Shown in pieces: positions 23,410 through 36,246 of a stretch of 64,000 nucleotides of DNA. The translations under genes and the position numbers were made by a program. The stretch spans positions 15,190,001 to 15,254,000 of the forward strand of contig OX597838.1 in assembly GCA_951406725.2 (NCBI GenBank). The letters are read 5' to 3'. The DNA is from Octopus vulgaris. Its lineage: Eukaryota. The first letter of the stretch is position 1. Each line of letters starts with the position of its first letter. The notes under the pieces were generated by a model. That model was not told the DNA's origin and did not search any database. It was given only the letters and a program-made list of their open reading frames with translations.

Positions 23410-25280
23410 TTTCCAGAGTAGGAAAGGCAGCATCTAATGTCGGTATTGAGAAAAAAATGTACCTAGTGCTCTGTAAAAATAGTTCTCACAACCACCTTGC
23501 CCCAACCACCTTGCCCTGCTACCCACCAAATCCACCAGAGTAGAGAAACCTGATAAAAGACTTCTTGGGATTAATAAATGCCAGGTATCGTGGCTTCCTC
23601 CTGCAATCAGGGCTGGCACTAGGAAGTGCAGGGCCCAATTAGAGAATTGTCAGTGGGGGCCCCCTCCTCTACAAAAGCAGAACAATGATGTTTTATACTT
23701 AGTGTTGAATACCAATCCCAGCCAAAAACATTGAGGGCTTGAGACTCCACCATTAGCTACATGATATGCTAAAACTTGAAAGCTCATAAAAGCATCATGT
23801 TATATTACGAGTCAAGATAACTAGTGACATACTGTTTGTGAATAGGCCTTCTAAAAACAGGCTTTTCTGGCTTTTTTTTTTTATCTGAGAAGTCTTTCAA
23901 AATCATTTCAAAGTCAATGGTTTTTGTAATGTCATTTTCTAAAGAAAGTATTGCCAAATTATTTAGTCTTTCTTGTGAAATCGCTGACCGTAGGCAGGTA
24001 TGTTTTAATCAGTTTCAGTTTTGAAAAACTTCTTTCACCTGATGCAACTGTTAGAGGCATAGTTAGGTAAATCCCCAAAGCAATAAAACCATTAAGAAAT
24101 GCTGTGAACTGATTGTTTGTTGCCAGGCATTCAAGCAAAGATTGAGGCTTAATGCCATTGAAAAGAAGAAAGTTTTGAGAGATTGAAGCTTCTCAGCCAA
24201 CTGATAACCATGTATGTCTTTTGTTGTTTCTATAACTACCAGTTCTGTCAGTGCTATGTATTAGTGTGGTTTCAGATAAAGTTGCCTTAAGGACTGCTGT
24301 GTGCTTCCTAACTTCTGCCTTTTGTAAGTGTTGTATTACATGTTCAACATACGATATAACGGGATAATAATAATGTCCTCGTAAATTGTTCTACTCAAGA
24401 TACTGGTAATAACCCTCGACAGTATGCAACTCTCAGCTTTACTCTCTCCTGAAGGCTCTCTGCGTATGTCCATTTATATTGTGCCACAGTCCATTAGGAG
24501 CCAACCAACAGGGGTGTTCTACTTCCACACAACAGTAAGCTCCAGAACTTATTTAAAAATCCAGATAATTTTATGTAACTTTTAAGCTGCTGAAATCGAG
24601 ACTTTAAAGACTGAATTGCTGAGCTGAGCTGAGCTGATTATGATGTCCTGCCTATCAGACATTGCCAGGCACTCATTTCACAGGAAAATAAATATCTCAG
24701 TTAAAGAGGATGTTTTTCTAAAGTCATGCTGTGAATTTATTGTTGAACAAAAACATAAAAAGAACTGTGTGGCTATTCTCACTTAATGCTGTCAAAGAGT
24801 TTAATTCATCATAGCATCCTCTGTTCAAGCTTGCGCACAGGCCTTCTCTTAGTGTGGGGCCAACTCTTGGTGCAGGGCCCAATTTCAACAAATCTGTCTA
24901 ATTGGCTTTAAACTGGCCATGCCTGCAATAACCTCTCTCAGAAGAAAGCATCAATAGTACTACTTCTAGTCACAAAGCCAAACTGGACTTCTTGGTCTTC
25001 TTGGTTAATTCTTTTTCGAATTAGTTGTGTTCTAACTCTTTCTGAGATTTTTGCTAACATCTGTAACCTCCCTCTAAAGTAGCTCCTTTGCTTTTGTAGC
25101 AGTTGACAATGATGCTGCTATGCTAGCCATTAGACGTGGTACCCTCTTCACTCACCTAATTGACTATGCTGTTGACTACTCCAATAGCCATTTTAAGCAC
25201 CTCAGCAGTGATTCCTAAAGGACTAGTTGCTTTTCTTGCCTTCACATTCCTAATTACTCTATCTTTCACAGTGTTTCTCA
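23410..25280 (-). mobile_element. Decayed RTE-type LINE reverse transcriptase fragment, split by the hAT insertion
   Basis: Minus-strand relics KARKATSPLGITAEVLK and QFGFVTRSSTIDAFF*ERLLQEE continue across the hAT TSD. Confidence 0.65.
23608..24921 (-). mobile_element. Internally deleted hAT transposon with 8-bp TSD
   Basis: Direct repeat CCTGCAAT at 23600-07 and 24922-29. The minus strand at about 23850-24110 encodes a hAT dimerisation-domain relic (LTMPLTVASGERSFSKLKLIKTYL/RSAISQERLNNLAILSLEND). Confidence 0.9.
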
Positions 25281-26502
25281 ACCTATGAACCCATTAGATT
25301 ATTATTTTACTCTAGTAGACCCTCATAGCCATTCGATATTTGAAAACGGCGGCAAGCTTGGCAGAAACGTTAGCATGCCGGGCGAAATGCTTCGTGGTAT
25401 TTCGTCTGCGTTACGTTGTGAGTTCAAATTCCGCCGAGGTCGACTTTGCCTTTCATCCTATCGGGGTCGATAAATTAAGTACCAGTTACGAACTGGGGTC
25501 GATGTAATCGACTTAATACCTATGTCTGTCCTTGTTTGTTCCCTCTGTGTTTAGCCCCTTGTGGGTAATAAAGAAATAGGTATTTGAAAACTAGTTTTAT
25601 AGATATTGCTTTCAAAATTCCTAATTTGTTTTTCACACACTCACTTGTGTAGGGGAACATGTTTCAGGGACCAGAAACATGTAGAACTATGCTAAGCATT
25701 AGAAAAAGAACCCTAGTTGTTTCTTGCAATAAATACAATTAAAGTAAAATTTTTCACAGTGTAGGAGTGGCTGTGTGGTAAGTAGCTTGCTTACCAACCA
25801 CATGGTTTCGGGTTCAGCCCCACTGTGTGGCACCTTCTGCAAGTGTCTTCTACTATAGCCTCGGGCCGACCAAAGCCTTGTGAGTGGATTTGGTAGATGG
25901 AAACTGAAAGAAACCCGTCGTATATATATATATATATATGTGTGTATGTGTATATGTTTGTGTGTCTGTGTTTGTCCACTCAACATCGCTTGACAACCGA
26001 TGCTGATGTGTTTACATCCCCATAACTTAGCAGTTCGGCAAAAGAGACCAATAGAATAAGTACTAGGCTTACTAAGAATAAGTCCCGGGGTCGATTTGCT
26101 CGACTGAAGGCGGTGCTCCTACATGGCCGCAGTCAGATGATTGAAACAAGTAAAAGTGTAAAGTGTATTATTAAATTATCATTGATAAAAATAGAGGCAA
26201 GCGAGAATGAGAGACTGTTGCAAAGAAAAATGTAAAATGTGGCCTACAATGAATTAATATTATTTATTATTAAACATTAAAATCTACTCCACAGTGAATG
26301 CAATGAATATTTAAATTTGCAAGAAATTGGAGTTAGAAAATTCAATAAACTTCATAAATCAAAATTATAGGAAATTTCTCAGAAATGAATTTATAAAAAT
26401 ATTTCCAGACGATCAACCCTTTAATAATTCCTTTTAGCACTTTTAGTAATTGTTACGTACCTAATTAATAAGCAGCTTTCTCTATTATAGTATAGATTTT
26501 TA

Positions 26503-27001
26503 TAAAAAGCACTATCCAAACGTGGCCGATGCCAGCGCCGCCCCGACTGGCTTCTGTGCCGGTGGCACATAAAAATACCATCCGAACGTTGCCAGCACCG
26601 CCCCAACTGGCTTCTGTGCCGGTGGCACATAAAAAGCACCACCCGAACGTGGCTGATGCCAGCGCCGCCCCGACTGGCTCCTGTGCCGGTGGCACATAAA
26701 AATACCATCCGAACGTTGCCAGCGCCGCCTTGGCTGGCTTCCATGCCGCTGGCACGTTAAAAGCTCCAACCGATCGTGACCGATGCCGGACCCCCCCCCC
26801 TGGCACCTGTGCAGGTGGCACGTAAAAAGCACCCACTACACTCGCGGAGTAGTTGGTGTTACGAAGGGCATCCAGCCATAGAAATTCTGCCAGATCAGAC
26901 TGGAGCCTGGAGCAGCCCCTGGCTTCCCAGACCCCGGTCGAACCGTCCAACCCGTGCTAGCGCGGAAAACGGACGTTAAACGATGATGATGATGATGATG
27001 A
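26503..27001 (+). mobile_element. 5'-truncated retroposon family with internal ~60-65 bp tandem units and (GAT)n tail (probably RTE 3' UTR derived)
   Basis: Shared end ...GCTAGCATGGAAAACGGACGTTAAACGATGATG. Other copies at about 5650-6058+, 7853-8230-, 16482-16815+, 20343-20718+, 40948-41115-, 43103-43350+, 43858-44089+, 54525-54680+ and 61297-61830+. Confidence 0.8.
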
Positions 27002-28796
27002 TTAAGGTGAAAAAGGCAGGGAGCTGGCAGAATTATTAGTGTGCTGGACAAAGTGCTTAGCAGTATTTCACCCGTTGCTACGTTCTGAGTTCAAATTCCA
27101 CCGAGGTCAACTTTGCCTTTCATCCTTTCGGGGTCAATAAATTAAGTACGAGTGAAACAATGGGGTCAATATAATCAACTAGTCCCCACTTATACTTTAC
27201 TGTCCTCTTCTCAGTTTCTATCTCAACTTTGGCTGGGATTGCTAGTTTTGCCCATGTTCCCCAAGAGTTGCAGGAGATTCCAAAGTCGTCTGGGGGTCGT
27301 GGTTGAAGCCAATGGCGATTTTATTGAATAAATTTACTCTTTACTATTTCAGGATATTTTTATATAATTTCAGTAAATATATTTGTTAACGTGAGATGTC
27401 AGTGTTATTTTTATTTTTACATAATTTAGATGACAGTTTAATCACCATACCCTGTAGTTTATTCCAACAGAACATCCACTTTTAAGTGGGGATAAATATT
27501 ACCTCTTGGTATTAACACTACCTCTGACACTAATCTATATTTTTTAACAATCTAATTCAGTTTCTGTCTACCAAATTCACTCACAAGGCTTCGGTCGACC
27601 CAAGGCTATAGTAGAAGACAATTGCCCAAGGTGTCACACAGTGGGACTGAACCCGGAACCATGTGGTTTGTAAGCAAACTAATTACCACACAGCCACTCC
27701 TATGCAAAAATTGTTGTAGCTAACACATTCATACTCCACTAAACAACTGAGCTATTGGCCCATACAAACATCCTGCTCCACCATGTGCAGTACTCAATAC
27801 AAGGAACTGATGTCGCTGACTATACTATGCCTCAGCCTGCCACCAAGGTGGAGCTCGTATTCTGCTAATATCCTGTCTGAACACATTGGCCTAGAAATAA
27901 AGCAAATAGCTATATATACCACATAACCAGAGCTAGCCAATACAAGCCTAAATACCTAGAAGTCCTCCTCAATTTTTCTCAAACTTTCAACCAACCTCTT
28001 TACATTAGATATCCGCTTTTACTTTTACAGGCTAATCAGTGCCTGCTCTGACACTGTTTTTCTACATATTGTTGATGGGGAGATGAGTCGCTGCTATCTT
28101 TAGCAATTTAGCATCCATCATTGACAAGACCAAAGAAGGTTGAAATCATGTGATCTAGCAGTCTTAGTACTTGAGTTGTCAGGGATTTCCCATTAGCAAT
28201 ATAAACAAGAATGCATTTTGCACCAAAAGCCAAAATGAGAGTTTTCTCATGGTATCTAGCTCAGTATAGTGTGTTCCAACAGAACATCCATGTTTAAGTA
28301 GAGATAAAAAAAAAAAAACTATTGAATGATTCCAGCTAGATCAATTTTAATCATTGGTCTGCTGGAAAAGTACCTACCTAAGGTTAAACAGCAACAACAA
28401 CAATGATACAGGTAATATCTATAATAATAAACATGAAATTCTGTCTGTCTGGGACCCCTGTATCTTAGTCTACATTTACTCTACATAGAAATATTATACC
28501 TTTTTGGAATCAGAATAATCCCAAGTTGGAAAATCTGCCCTTCATTTGGTTCTTGAACATCCAGCATTAGGATCTGGTTTAAAAGCATTATGGGTTGCTA
28601 TTTCTAGCAGGTAAAGCTTGGTTGATTTACAACATCTTGGTTAGCATTTTTCAGAAGACGTCAGAGATCAAGGGGGTGGGGAGGTAAATGACATTCAATT
28701 CTTTACTTTTATGTTGAGATAAGAACTTTGGGACAAATTGGCCAACAGTTGGAATTCAGCTTGGAACTGAAACAATAGAATGATTGCATTACAGAA

Positions 28797-29152
28797 TTGC
28801 TCACAACATCATAAGCGGAAAGTGTAACCTCTCGAAAGAGCTGTTCTTCACTCCTGCTCCAGAGCGTCGGCTGCGGGGTCACTCCGAAAAGCTCTATCTG
28901 CATCGATTTCATCTCAATCGAAGGAGAGGGGCTTTCTCCGTCCGGGTTGCGGATCCGTGGAATAAGCTGCCGGACGAGATAGTGAAGATGCCGACGACCG
29001 CTCAGTTCAAAGTCTCTCTTGACCAGAAATGGCCTGAACTCTTTGCATGAACACCATCCCTGTACATAACTCCATGTCCCCCTACATGGCCTTGCTTTTT
29101 ACTTTTTGAGCCAAAAAATTAACATAACTTAACTTAACTTAACTTAACTTAA
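28797..29152 (+). mobile_element. CR1-type LINE 3' fragment with (AACTT)n tail
   Basis: LRGHSEKL...RRGAFSVRVADPWNKLP...FKVSLD motif, stop at 29050, short UTR, pentamer tail at 29126-29152. Confidence 0.88.
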
Positions 29153-29365
29153 TTCTTATCCATCCTTAACCTCCGATCAAACACCACTGGGGCATTTAGT
29201 CGTTATAGATGTGTTATAGTCATGCTGTTCAGGTCTGTTTCGTTTTTGCCCTCTGCAGGAACTAGCTTAAAAGCTCCACATGGAGCGCAGCTTTTAAGCC
29301 AATTATAAATAAAAGACAAATTGTGTTGGAAAGAAATGAAAATGAGTTATTTTTCCATTTTTCAG

Positions 29366-29430
29366 GTGAAAAAGTTAATACTGAAAGAGGAAGAAAACCG
29401 CTTATTTGATGTTTTGCGGGAGTATCAGAG
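29366..29430 (+). CDS. USH1C: Harmonin-like exon 2 (VKKLILKEEENRLFDVLREYQ), N-terminal domain
   Basis: Acceptor ttttccatttttcag, donor GTCAGT, 65 nt, phase 0 to 2. Resembles harmonin [23 protein letters not shown]. Confidence 0.88.
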
Positions 29431-30577
29431 GTCAGTCTTATTTCTGTTATTGGTGTTGTTGTCAGCATCGTTTATCATTCCCACCATCACCATCACCATC
29501 ATCCTCTTCATCCTCGTCCCCATTACACCACCACCACCACCACCATCATGATCATCATCTTCATCGTCATCAACATCATCGTCATCATCACTATCCTCAC
29601 CAAAATCATCATCAACATGAATGTATTTATCATGACCATCATTGCTACATCACTGTCATCCTTACCATCATCATCTCCAACATCATCATTATCACCATCA
29701 TCATCATCATTCGTATCATGAAAAATTCAAGGACGTCTTTTTTTTGTTTCAATCTTTTTGTGTTGAATTTTAATTGCTGTGATCATCCAACAAACTAACA
29801 TATATATGGAACAAAAGAGAACAATCAATTTCGTTGATGAACTCCATATCTACCTGGGTTTGATTTTTTTTTCTTGATGAGACTAACAACTTACTTTGTA
29901 AACTTCATAATAAACAAGTTGAAAATTCTCATAGCAAAATCTTTTTCTAGTAATACCTTTACGTACATCTTCTATTGCCAGTAACATATAATTTATTGTT
30001 GTTGTGTGTTCCTTCTCAAGCTATGCCTGGCTCATTAGGGCTGGTTTCCTGGTTTCCTTGGCGTATAGGTTCCCCACCTGGACGGGACACCAGTCTTTCG
30101 CAGGTGGGCTGCAAGATGCAGGAGGAAAGAGTGAGAGAAAGTTGTGTGGTAATTAGCTTGCTTCCCAACCACATGGTTCTGAGTTCAGTCCTACAACTTG
30201 CCACCTTGGGCAAGTGTCTTCTACTATAGCCACGGGCCTATCAAAGTCTTGTAAGTGTATTTGGTAGAAAGAAACTGAAAGAAGCCTGTCGTGTGTGTGT
30301 GTGTGTGTGTGTATGTCTGTCTGTCTGTCTGTCCCCCACCACCACTTGACAACCGGTATTGACGTATTTATGTCCCCATAACTTAGCAGTTCAGCATAAG
30401 AGTTTGATAAAATAAGTACCAGGCTTAAAAAGTCAAGTACTATGGTCAATTCATTCAACTAAAAGGAAGTCCTTCAAGGCAGTGCCCCAGCATGGCCACA
30501 GTCTAATGACTGAAGCAAGTAATAGATAAAAGATAATATATTTGTTTGTTTATAAAATGATTAATATACATATTTAA

Positions 30578-31276
30578 CCCTTTCGTTACCGTATTTATTT
30601 TGAGATGCTCTGTGTTTCATTCAATTTATTTTAAATATAACAAAGAATTTAGTAAAAGAACTTAGTTATCATTAAGCTAGTGTTAGGAACATAAATTGTG
30701 ACTAAGGTTTGGTGGAAGATTTTAATTCAAAACTGCTGAAAATAAGATATTTGTACTCAGAGCCAGAGGCAGTTTCAGCCGGGTTGGTAATGAAAGGGTT
30801 AAGGAATTTAGTAAAATAACTTAGTTATCATTAAGCTAGTGTTAGGAACATAAATTGTGACTAAGGTTTGGTGGAAGATTTTAATTCAAAACTTCTGAAA
30901 ATAAAATATTTGTACTCAGAGCCAGAGGTGGTTTCAGCCGGGTTGGTAATGAAAGGGTTAAGGAATTTAGTAAAAGAACTTAGTTATCATTAAGCTAGTG
31001 TTAGGAACATAAATTGTGACTAAGGTTTGGTGGAAGATTTTAATTCAAAACTTCTGAAAATAAGATATTTGTACTCAGAGCCAGAGGCGGTTTCATCCGG
31101 GTTGGTAATGAAAGGGTTAAGGAATTTAGTAAAAGAACTTAGTTATCACTCAGTTAGTGTTAGGAACATAAATTGTGACAAAGGTTTGGTGGAAGATTTT
31201 AATTCAAAACTTATGAAAACAAGACATTTGTACTGCAGAGCCAGAGTCGGTTTTGGCCTGGTTGGTATCAAAAGGG
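30578..31276. mobile_element. piggyBac-type MITE whose right 159 bp is present in four tandem copies
   Basis: Left end TTAA-CCCTTTCGTTACC. Units start at about 30645, 30804, 30963 and 31122 and each ends GGTAATGAAAGGG-TTAA or a variant. An inverted partial copy lies at about 18242-18444. Confidence 0.85.
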
Positions 31277-32029
31277 TTAAGGTGCGTGCGTGTGTGTGTG
31301 TGTGTGTGAATGCAGTCTTCTCAGTTATTTGGTGTTGCTCAGATATTCTGTCCCCAAACTGATACAAAGGAAAAAGTCTTTAAGCTTCATTGATAATTCC
31401 CAGCAGAGAACAGAGATCCGTTTGTTTGCCGACAGATATTTTATCTGTAGCTTGGGAAAGGAAACCGAACTTGCCCTCTATGCAATATCACCTTCATTTC
31501 TTAAGGTCATACCTGCTTGTCCTATATACTATGGTTCTCACCACATCCTGAACATCTTCCGTACACCCAGAATAAAGCTGAAAATTCGAACTTGTTTAAA
31601 AAGGAATTTTGAACCTAGTATATTTGATATTTATTTATCTATGTGTGTGTGTGTGTGTGTCAAGTCAGTTGTTACAACATTGGGTGTGGTTGAACAATGC
31701 AAGAAAAGGTGTGACATAAGTGTTCATTTTATATTTAAAATTTTTTTCTTTTGTATTTTATTTGATTTGTTTATTTCTATACCTTGTCAAAATTTTTTAT
31801 ATTCTTTTATTTTTTTTTTAACTGGTTTCTGTACAGGGTCACGGTCATACTAGATCACTTTTTATGGGTATTTATTTTGTCAATTATGTAGACCCCACCT
31901 CTCCCCGGTATTTATTATTGGAGTCTGCTATTTTATTTTGATTGATCTCTATTTGTCAAACCCCTAGGTTATGGTGCACAAAGATAACTAATACTGTCAA
32001 CCATGAACATAGATATAAACATATATAAA

Positions 32030-32580
32030 CACACACACACACATACACACATGCATACAGGTGCATGCATACGCACACACACACGCATACAGGTGCATAC
32101 ATACGCACACACACATACACGCACACACACACGCATACAGGTGCATGCATACGCACACACACATACACGCGCACACACACACACGCATACAGGTGCATTC
32201 ATACGCACACACACATACATGCACACACACACACACACGCATACAGGTGCATGCATATGCACACACACATACACGCGCACGCACACACACGCATACAGGT
32301 GCATGCATATGCACACACACATACACGCACACACACACACGCATACAGGTGCATGCATACGCACACACACACATACACGCGCACACACACACGCATACAG
32401 GTGCATGCATATGCACACACACATACACGCACGCACACACACACGCATACAGGTGCATGCATACGCACACACACATACACGCACACACACACGCATACAG
32501 GTGCATGCATACGCACACACACATACAGATACATGCACATGCACACACACACATACAGATACATGCACATGCACACACAC
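32030..32580. repeat. CA-rich minisatellite (about 42-46 bp unit built around GCATACAGGTGCATGCAT)
   Basis: About 11 recurrences of the core separated by variable (CA)n. Confidence 0.9.
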
Positions 32581-32597
32581 AATACACACTACTTTAC

Positions 32598-32660
32598 TGT
32601 TGCCATCAGAAGTACGCACTAGTAACAACTTGTTACCAGTGCGTACTTCTGATGGCAACA
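32598..32660. repeat. 63-nt palindrome (31-bp arms, one mismatch)
   Basis: TGTTGCCATCAGAAGTACGCACTAGTAACAA-C-TTGTTACCAGTGCGTACTTCTGATGGCAACA. Confidence 0.95.
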
Positions 32661-33989
32661 ACTTCAAGCAGCTGGCAACTGGCATACGCCACCCTAGGCC
32701 AAGCTGTCACACCCACAAGGGCAGAGTATTTAACCTTTGTCATCGCTACAGATGACAGCTCATTCATGTTAGTCATACCAACTTAATTGTACCCCAACAT
32801 TACCAAATTTGGTTGCTCTCATACTCTCTTACCTGTTTCAGTCATTTGACTGTGGCCATGCTGGAGTACCGCCTTTAGTCAAGCAAATCGATCTGAGGAC
32901 TTATTCTTTGTAAGCCCAGTACTTATTCTATCAGTCTCTTTTGCCAAACCGCTAAGTTACGGGGACGTAAACACACCAGCATCAGTTGTCAAGCAATGTT
33001 GTGGGGTCAAACACAGACGCACTAACAGATACAGACACACATACATATATATATATACATATGTACGATGGGCTTCTTTCAGTTTCTGTCTACCAAATCC
33101 ACTCACAACGCTTTGGTCGACCCAAAGTTATAGTAGAAGACACTTGCCCAAGGTACCACACAGTGGGACTGAACCCGGAACCATGTGCTTCGTAAGCAAG
33201 TTAATTACCACACAGCCACTCCTATGTAAAAATTGTTGTAGCCAACACGTTCATACTCCACTAAACAACTGAGCTATTGGCCCACACAAATATCCTACCC
33301 CACCATGTGCAGTACTCAATACAAGGAACTGATGTCGCTGACTATACTATGCCTCAGCCTGCCACCAAGGTGGAGCTCATATTCTGCTAATATCTTGTCT
33401 GAACACATTGGCCTAGAAGTAAAGCAAATAGCTATTTATACCACATAATCAGAGCTAGCCAATACAAGCCTAAATACCTAGAAGTCCTCCTCAATTTTTC
33501 TCAAATTTTCAACCAACCTCTTTACATTAGATATCCTCTTTTACTTGTTTCAATCATTTGACTGTGGCCATGCTGGAACACCACCTTTAGTTGAGCAAAT
33601 CAACCACAGGACTTATTCTTTGTAAGCCTAGTACTTATTCTATCAGTCTCTTTTGCCGGGATGTAAACACACCAGCATCAGTTGTCAAGCAATGTTGGGA
33701 GGACAAACACAAACACACACACATATATATATATATAAATATATACGACGGACTTCTTTCAGTTTCTGTCTACCAAATCCACTCACAAGGCTTTGGTAGG
33801 CCTGAGGCTATAGTAGAAGATACTTGCCTATGGTGCCACACAGTGGGACTGAACCCGGAACTATGTGGTTCGTAAGCAAGCTACTTACCACACAGCCACT
33901 CCTGCACCTATGTACTTACAAAACTTCATGTCATGGGGAGCAGGTGTGGTAAGAAGCTTGCTTCCGAACCACGTGGTACTGAGTTCTTC

Positions 33990-35140
33990 TATTTATCATC
34001 CCCGAAAGGATGAAAGGCAAAGTTGACCTCGCTGGAATTTGAAGTCAGACCTTAATGACAGGAAATGCTGCTAAGCATTTTACCAGCTTGCCGCCCGTAT
34101 GTACAATGATATATGGATTTAAAATTCTGGCACCAGGCCAGCTCTTTCGGAGGAATTTAAGTCGATTACCTCAACTAATACCTATTTTATCAATCCTGAA
34201 AGGATGAAAGGCAAAGTTGACCTTGGCAGAATTTAAAGTCAGAACATGAAGACGGACAAAATACCTATTTCTTTATTACCCACAAGGGGCTAAACACAGA
34301 GAGGACAAACAAGGACAGACAAACGGATTAAGTCGATTACATCGACCCCAGTGCGTAACTGGTACTTAATTTATCGACCCTGAAAGGATGAAAGGCAAAG
34401 TCGACCTCGGCGGAATTTGAACTCACAACGTAACGGCAGACGAAATACCGTTAAGCATCTCACCCAGCATGCTAACAATTCTGCCAGCTTACCACCTTTG
34501 TACAATGAAGTATTCTTTTCTACTCCAGGCACAAGGCCCAAAATTTTGGAGGGAAGGACCAGTCGATTAGATCGACCCCAGTATGCAACTGGTACTTAAT
34601 TTATCAACCTCGAAATGATGAAAGTCTAAGTCGACCTCGGCGGAATTTAAACTCAGAACGTAGCGGCAGACCAAATACCTATTTCTTTACTACCCACAAG
34701 GGGCTAAACACAGAAAGGACAAATAAGGACAGACAAACGGATTAAGTCGATTACATCGACCCCAGTGCATAACTGGTACTTAATTTATCGACCCTGAAAG
34801 GATGAAAGGCAAAGTCGACCTCGGCGAAATTTGAACTCAGAACGTAGCGGCAGACCAAATACCTATTTCTTTACTACCCACAAGGGGCTAAACACAGAGG
34901 GGACAAACGAGGACAGACAAACGGATTAAGTTGATTACATTGACCCCAGTGCATAACTGGTACTTAATTTAATCGACTCCGAAAGGATGAAAGGCAAAGT
35001 TGACCTCGGCGGAATTTGAACTCAGAACGTAACGGCAGACGAAATCCGGCTACGCATTTCGCCCGGCGTGCAAACGTTTCTGCCAATACTGCTAAGCATT
35101 TTGTCTGGCATGCTAATGTTTCTGCCAGCTCGTTGCCTTT
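33990..35140 (-). mobile_element. Head-to-tail cluster of SINE family B copies
   Basis: At least six GGATGAAAGGCAAAGTCGACCTCGGCGGAATTTGAACTC-type cores; units at 34679 and 34863 are 184 bp apart. Confidence 0.85.
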
Positions 35141-35662
35141 GTACAATGAAATATTAAAAATCTAACATATTGAATTATAGTAAACTGTCTATTCTTGTAA
35201 CAGTTGTTCCAGACAGTGTGACATTTACATGGTGTTCTTTAATTTTTTTTTTTTGTCTTTTACTTGTTTCAGTCATTGAACTGCTGGCCATACTGGGGCA
35301 CCTCCTTAATGTCGGGGTACTTATTGTATCAGTTTCTTTTTGCCAAACCACTAAGTTACAAGAACATAAACAAACCAACACCAGTCAAGTAGTGGTGAGG
35401 AACAAATACGGACAGACAGACACACACACACACACACACACACATATTTCTCTTTACTCTTTACTTGTTTCAGTCATTTGACTGCGGCCATGCTGGAGCA
35501 CCGCCTTTAGTCGAGCAAGTCAACCCCGGGACTTATTCTTTGTAAGCCTAGTACTTATTCTATCGGTCTCTTTTGCCGAACCGCTAAGTGACGGGGACGT
35601 AAACACACCAGAATTGGTTGTCAAGCAATGCTAGGGGGACAAACACAGACAAACACACACAC

Positions 35663-35695
<33 letters not shown>

Positions 35696-36081
35696 CATAT
35701 ATACGACAAGCTTCTTTCAGTTTCCGTCTACCAAATCCACTCACAAGGCATTGGTCGGCCCGGGGCTATAGCAGAAGACACTTGCCCAAGATGCCATGCA
35801 GTGGGACTGAACCCAGAACCATGTGGTTGGTAAGAAAGCTACTTATCACACAATATATATACATACCCATTTTCCAGACAATTTCCTATCAGCAGTTTCA
35901 AAATCTGAAATTTTGTAACAATCAGTCAGGGGTGCTTCAGCTAGTTCATGATAAAACATTTGACTTAACATGACCTAGATATTAGTTTAAGACACTTTAG
36001 TGCCCTACCTACTGGTACACCTGTTGCAAAAAAAAAAAAGAAAAAAAACAGGCGTGCCACCTCTCTCTACTTCTATTTGTA

Positions 36082-36082
<1 letters not shown>

Positions 36083-36160
<78 letters not shown>

Positions 36161-36176
36161 GTAATAATAATAATAA

Positions 36177-36229
<53 letters not shown>

Positions 36230-36246
36230 ACGGTAATAACAATAAT
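36083..36246. repeat. (AAT)n-(AGT)n trinucleotide tract
   Basis: Direct inspection. Confidence 0.95.

Noticed and set aside
29406-29798. His-rich 130-aa ORF
   Set aside because: It is a degenerate (CAT)n/(CAC)n tract in the intron right after exon 2.
31290-31853. 187-aa plus-strand ORF as a harmonin exon or separate gene
   Set aside because: It starts in a GT repeat, has no recognisable motif, and exon 2 already joins exon 3 in frame.
31956-32786. Longest ORFs in the track (up to 250 aa of HT or CV repeats), likewise 39982-40620, 41245-41646 and 44743-45314
   Set aside because: They are translations of micro- and minisatellites that happen to lack stops; there are no domains or splice context.
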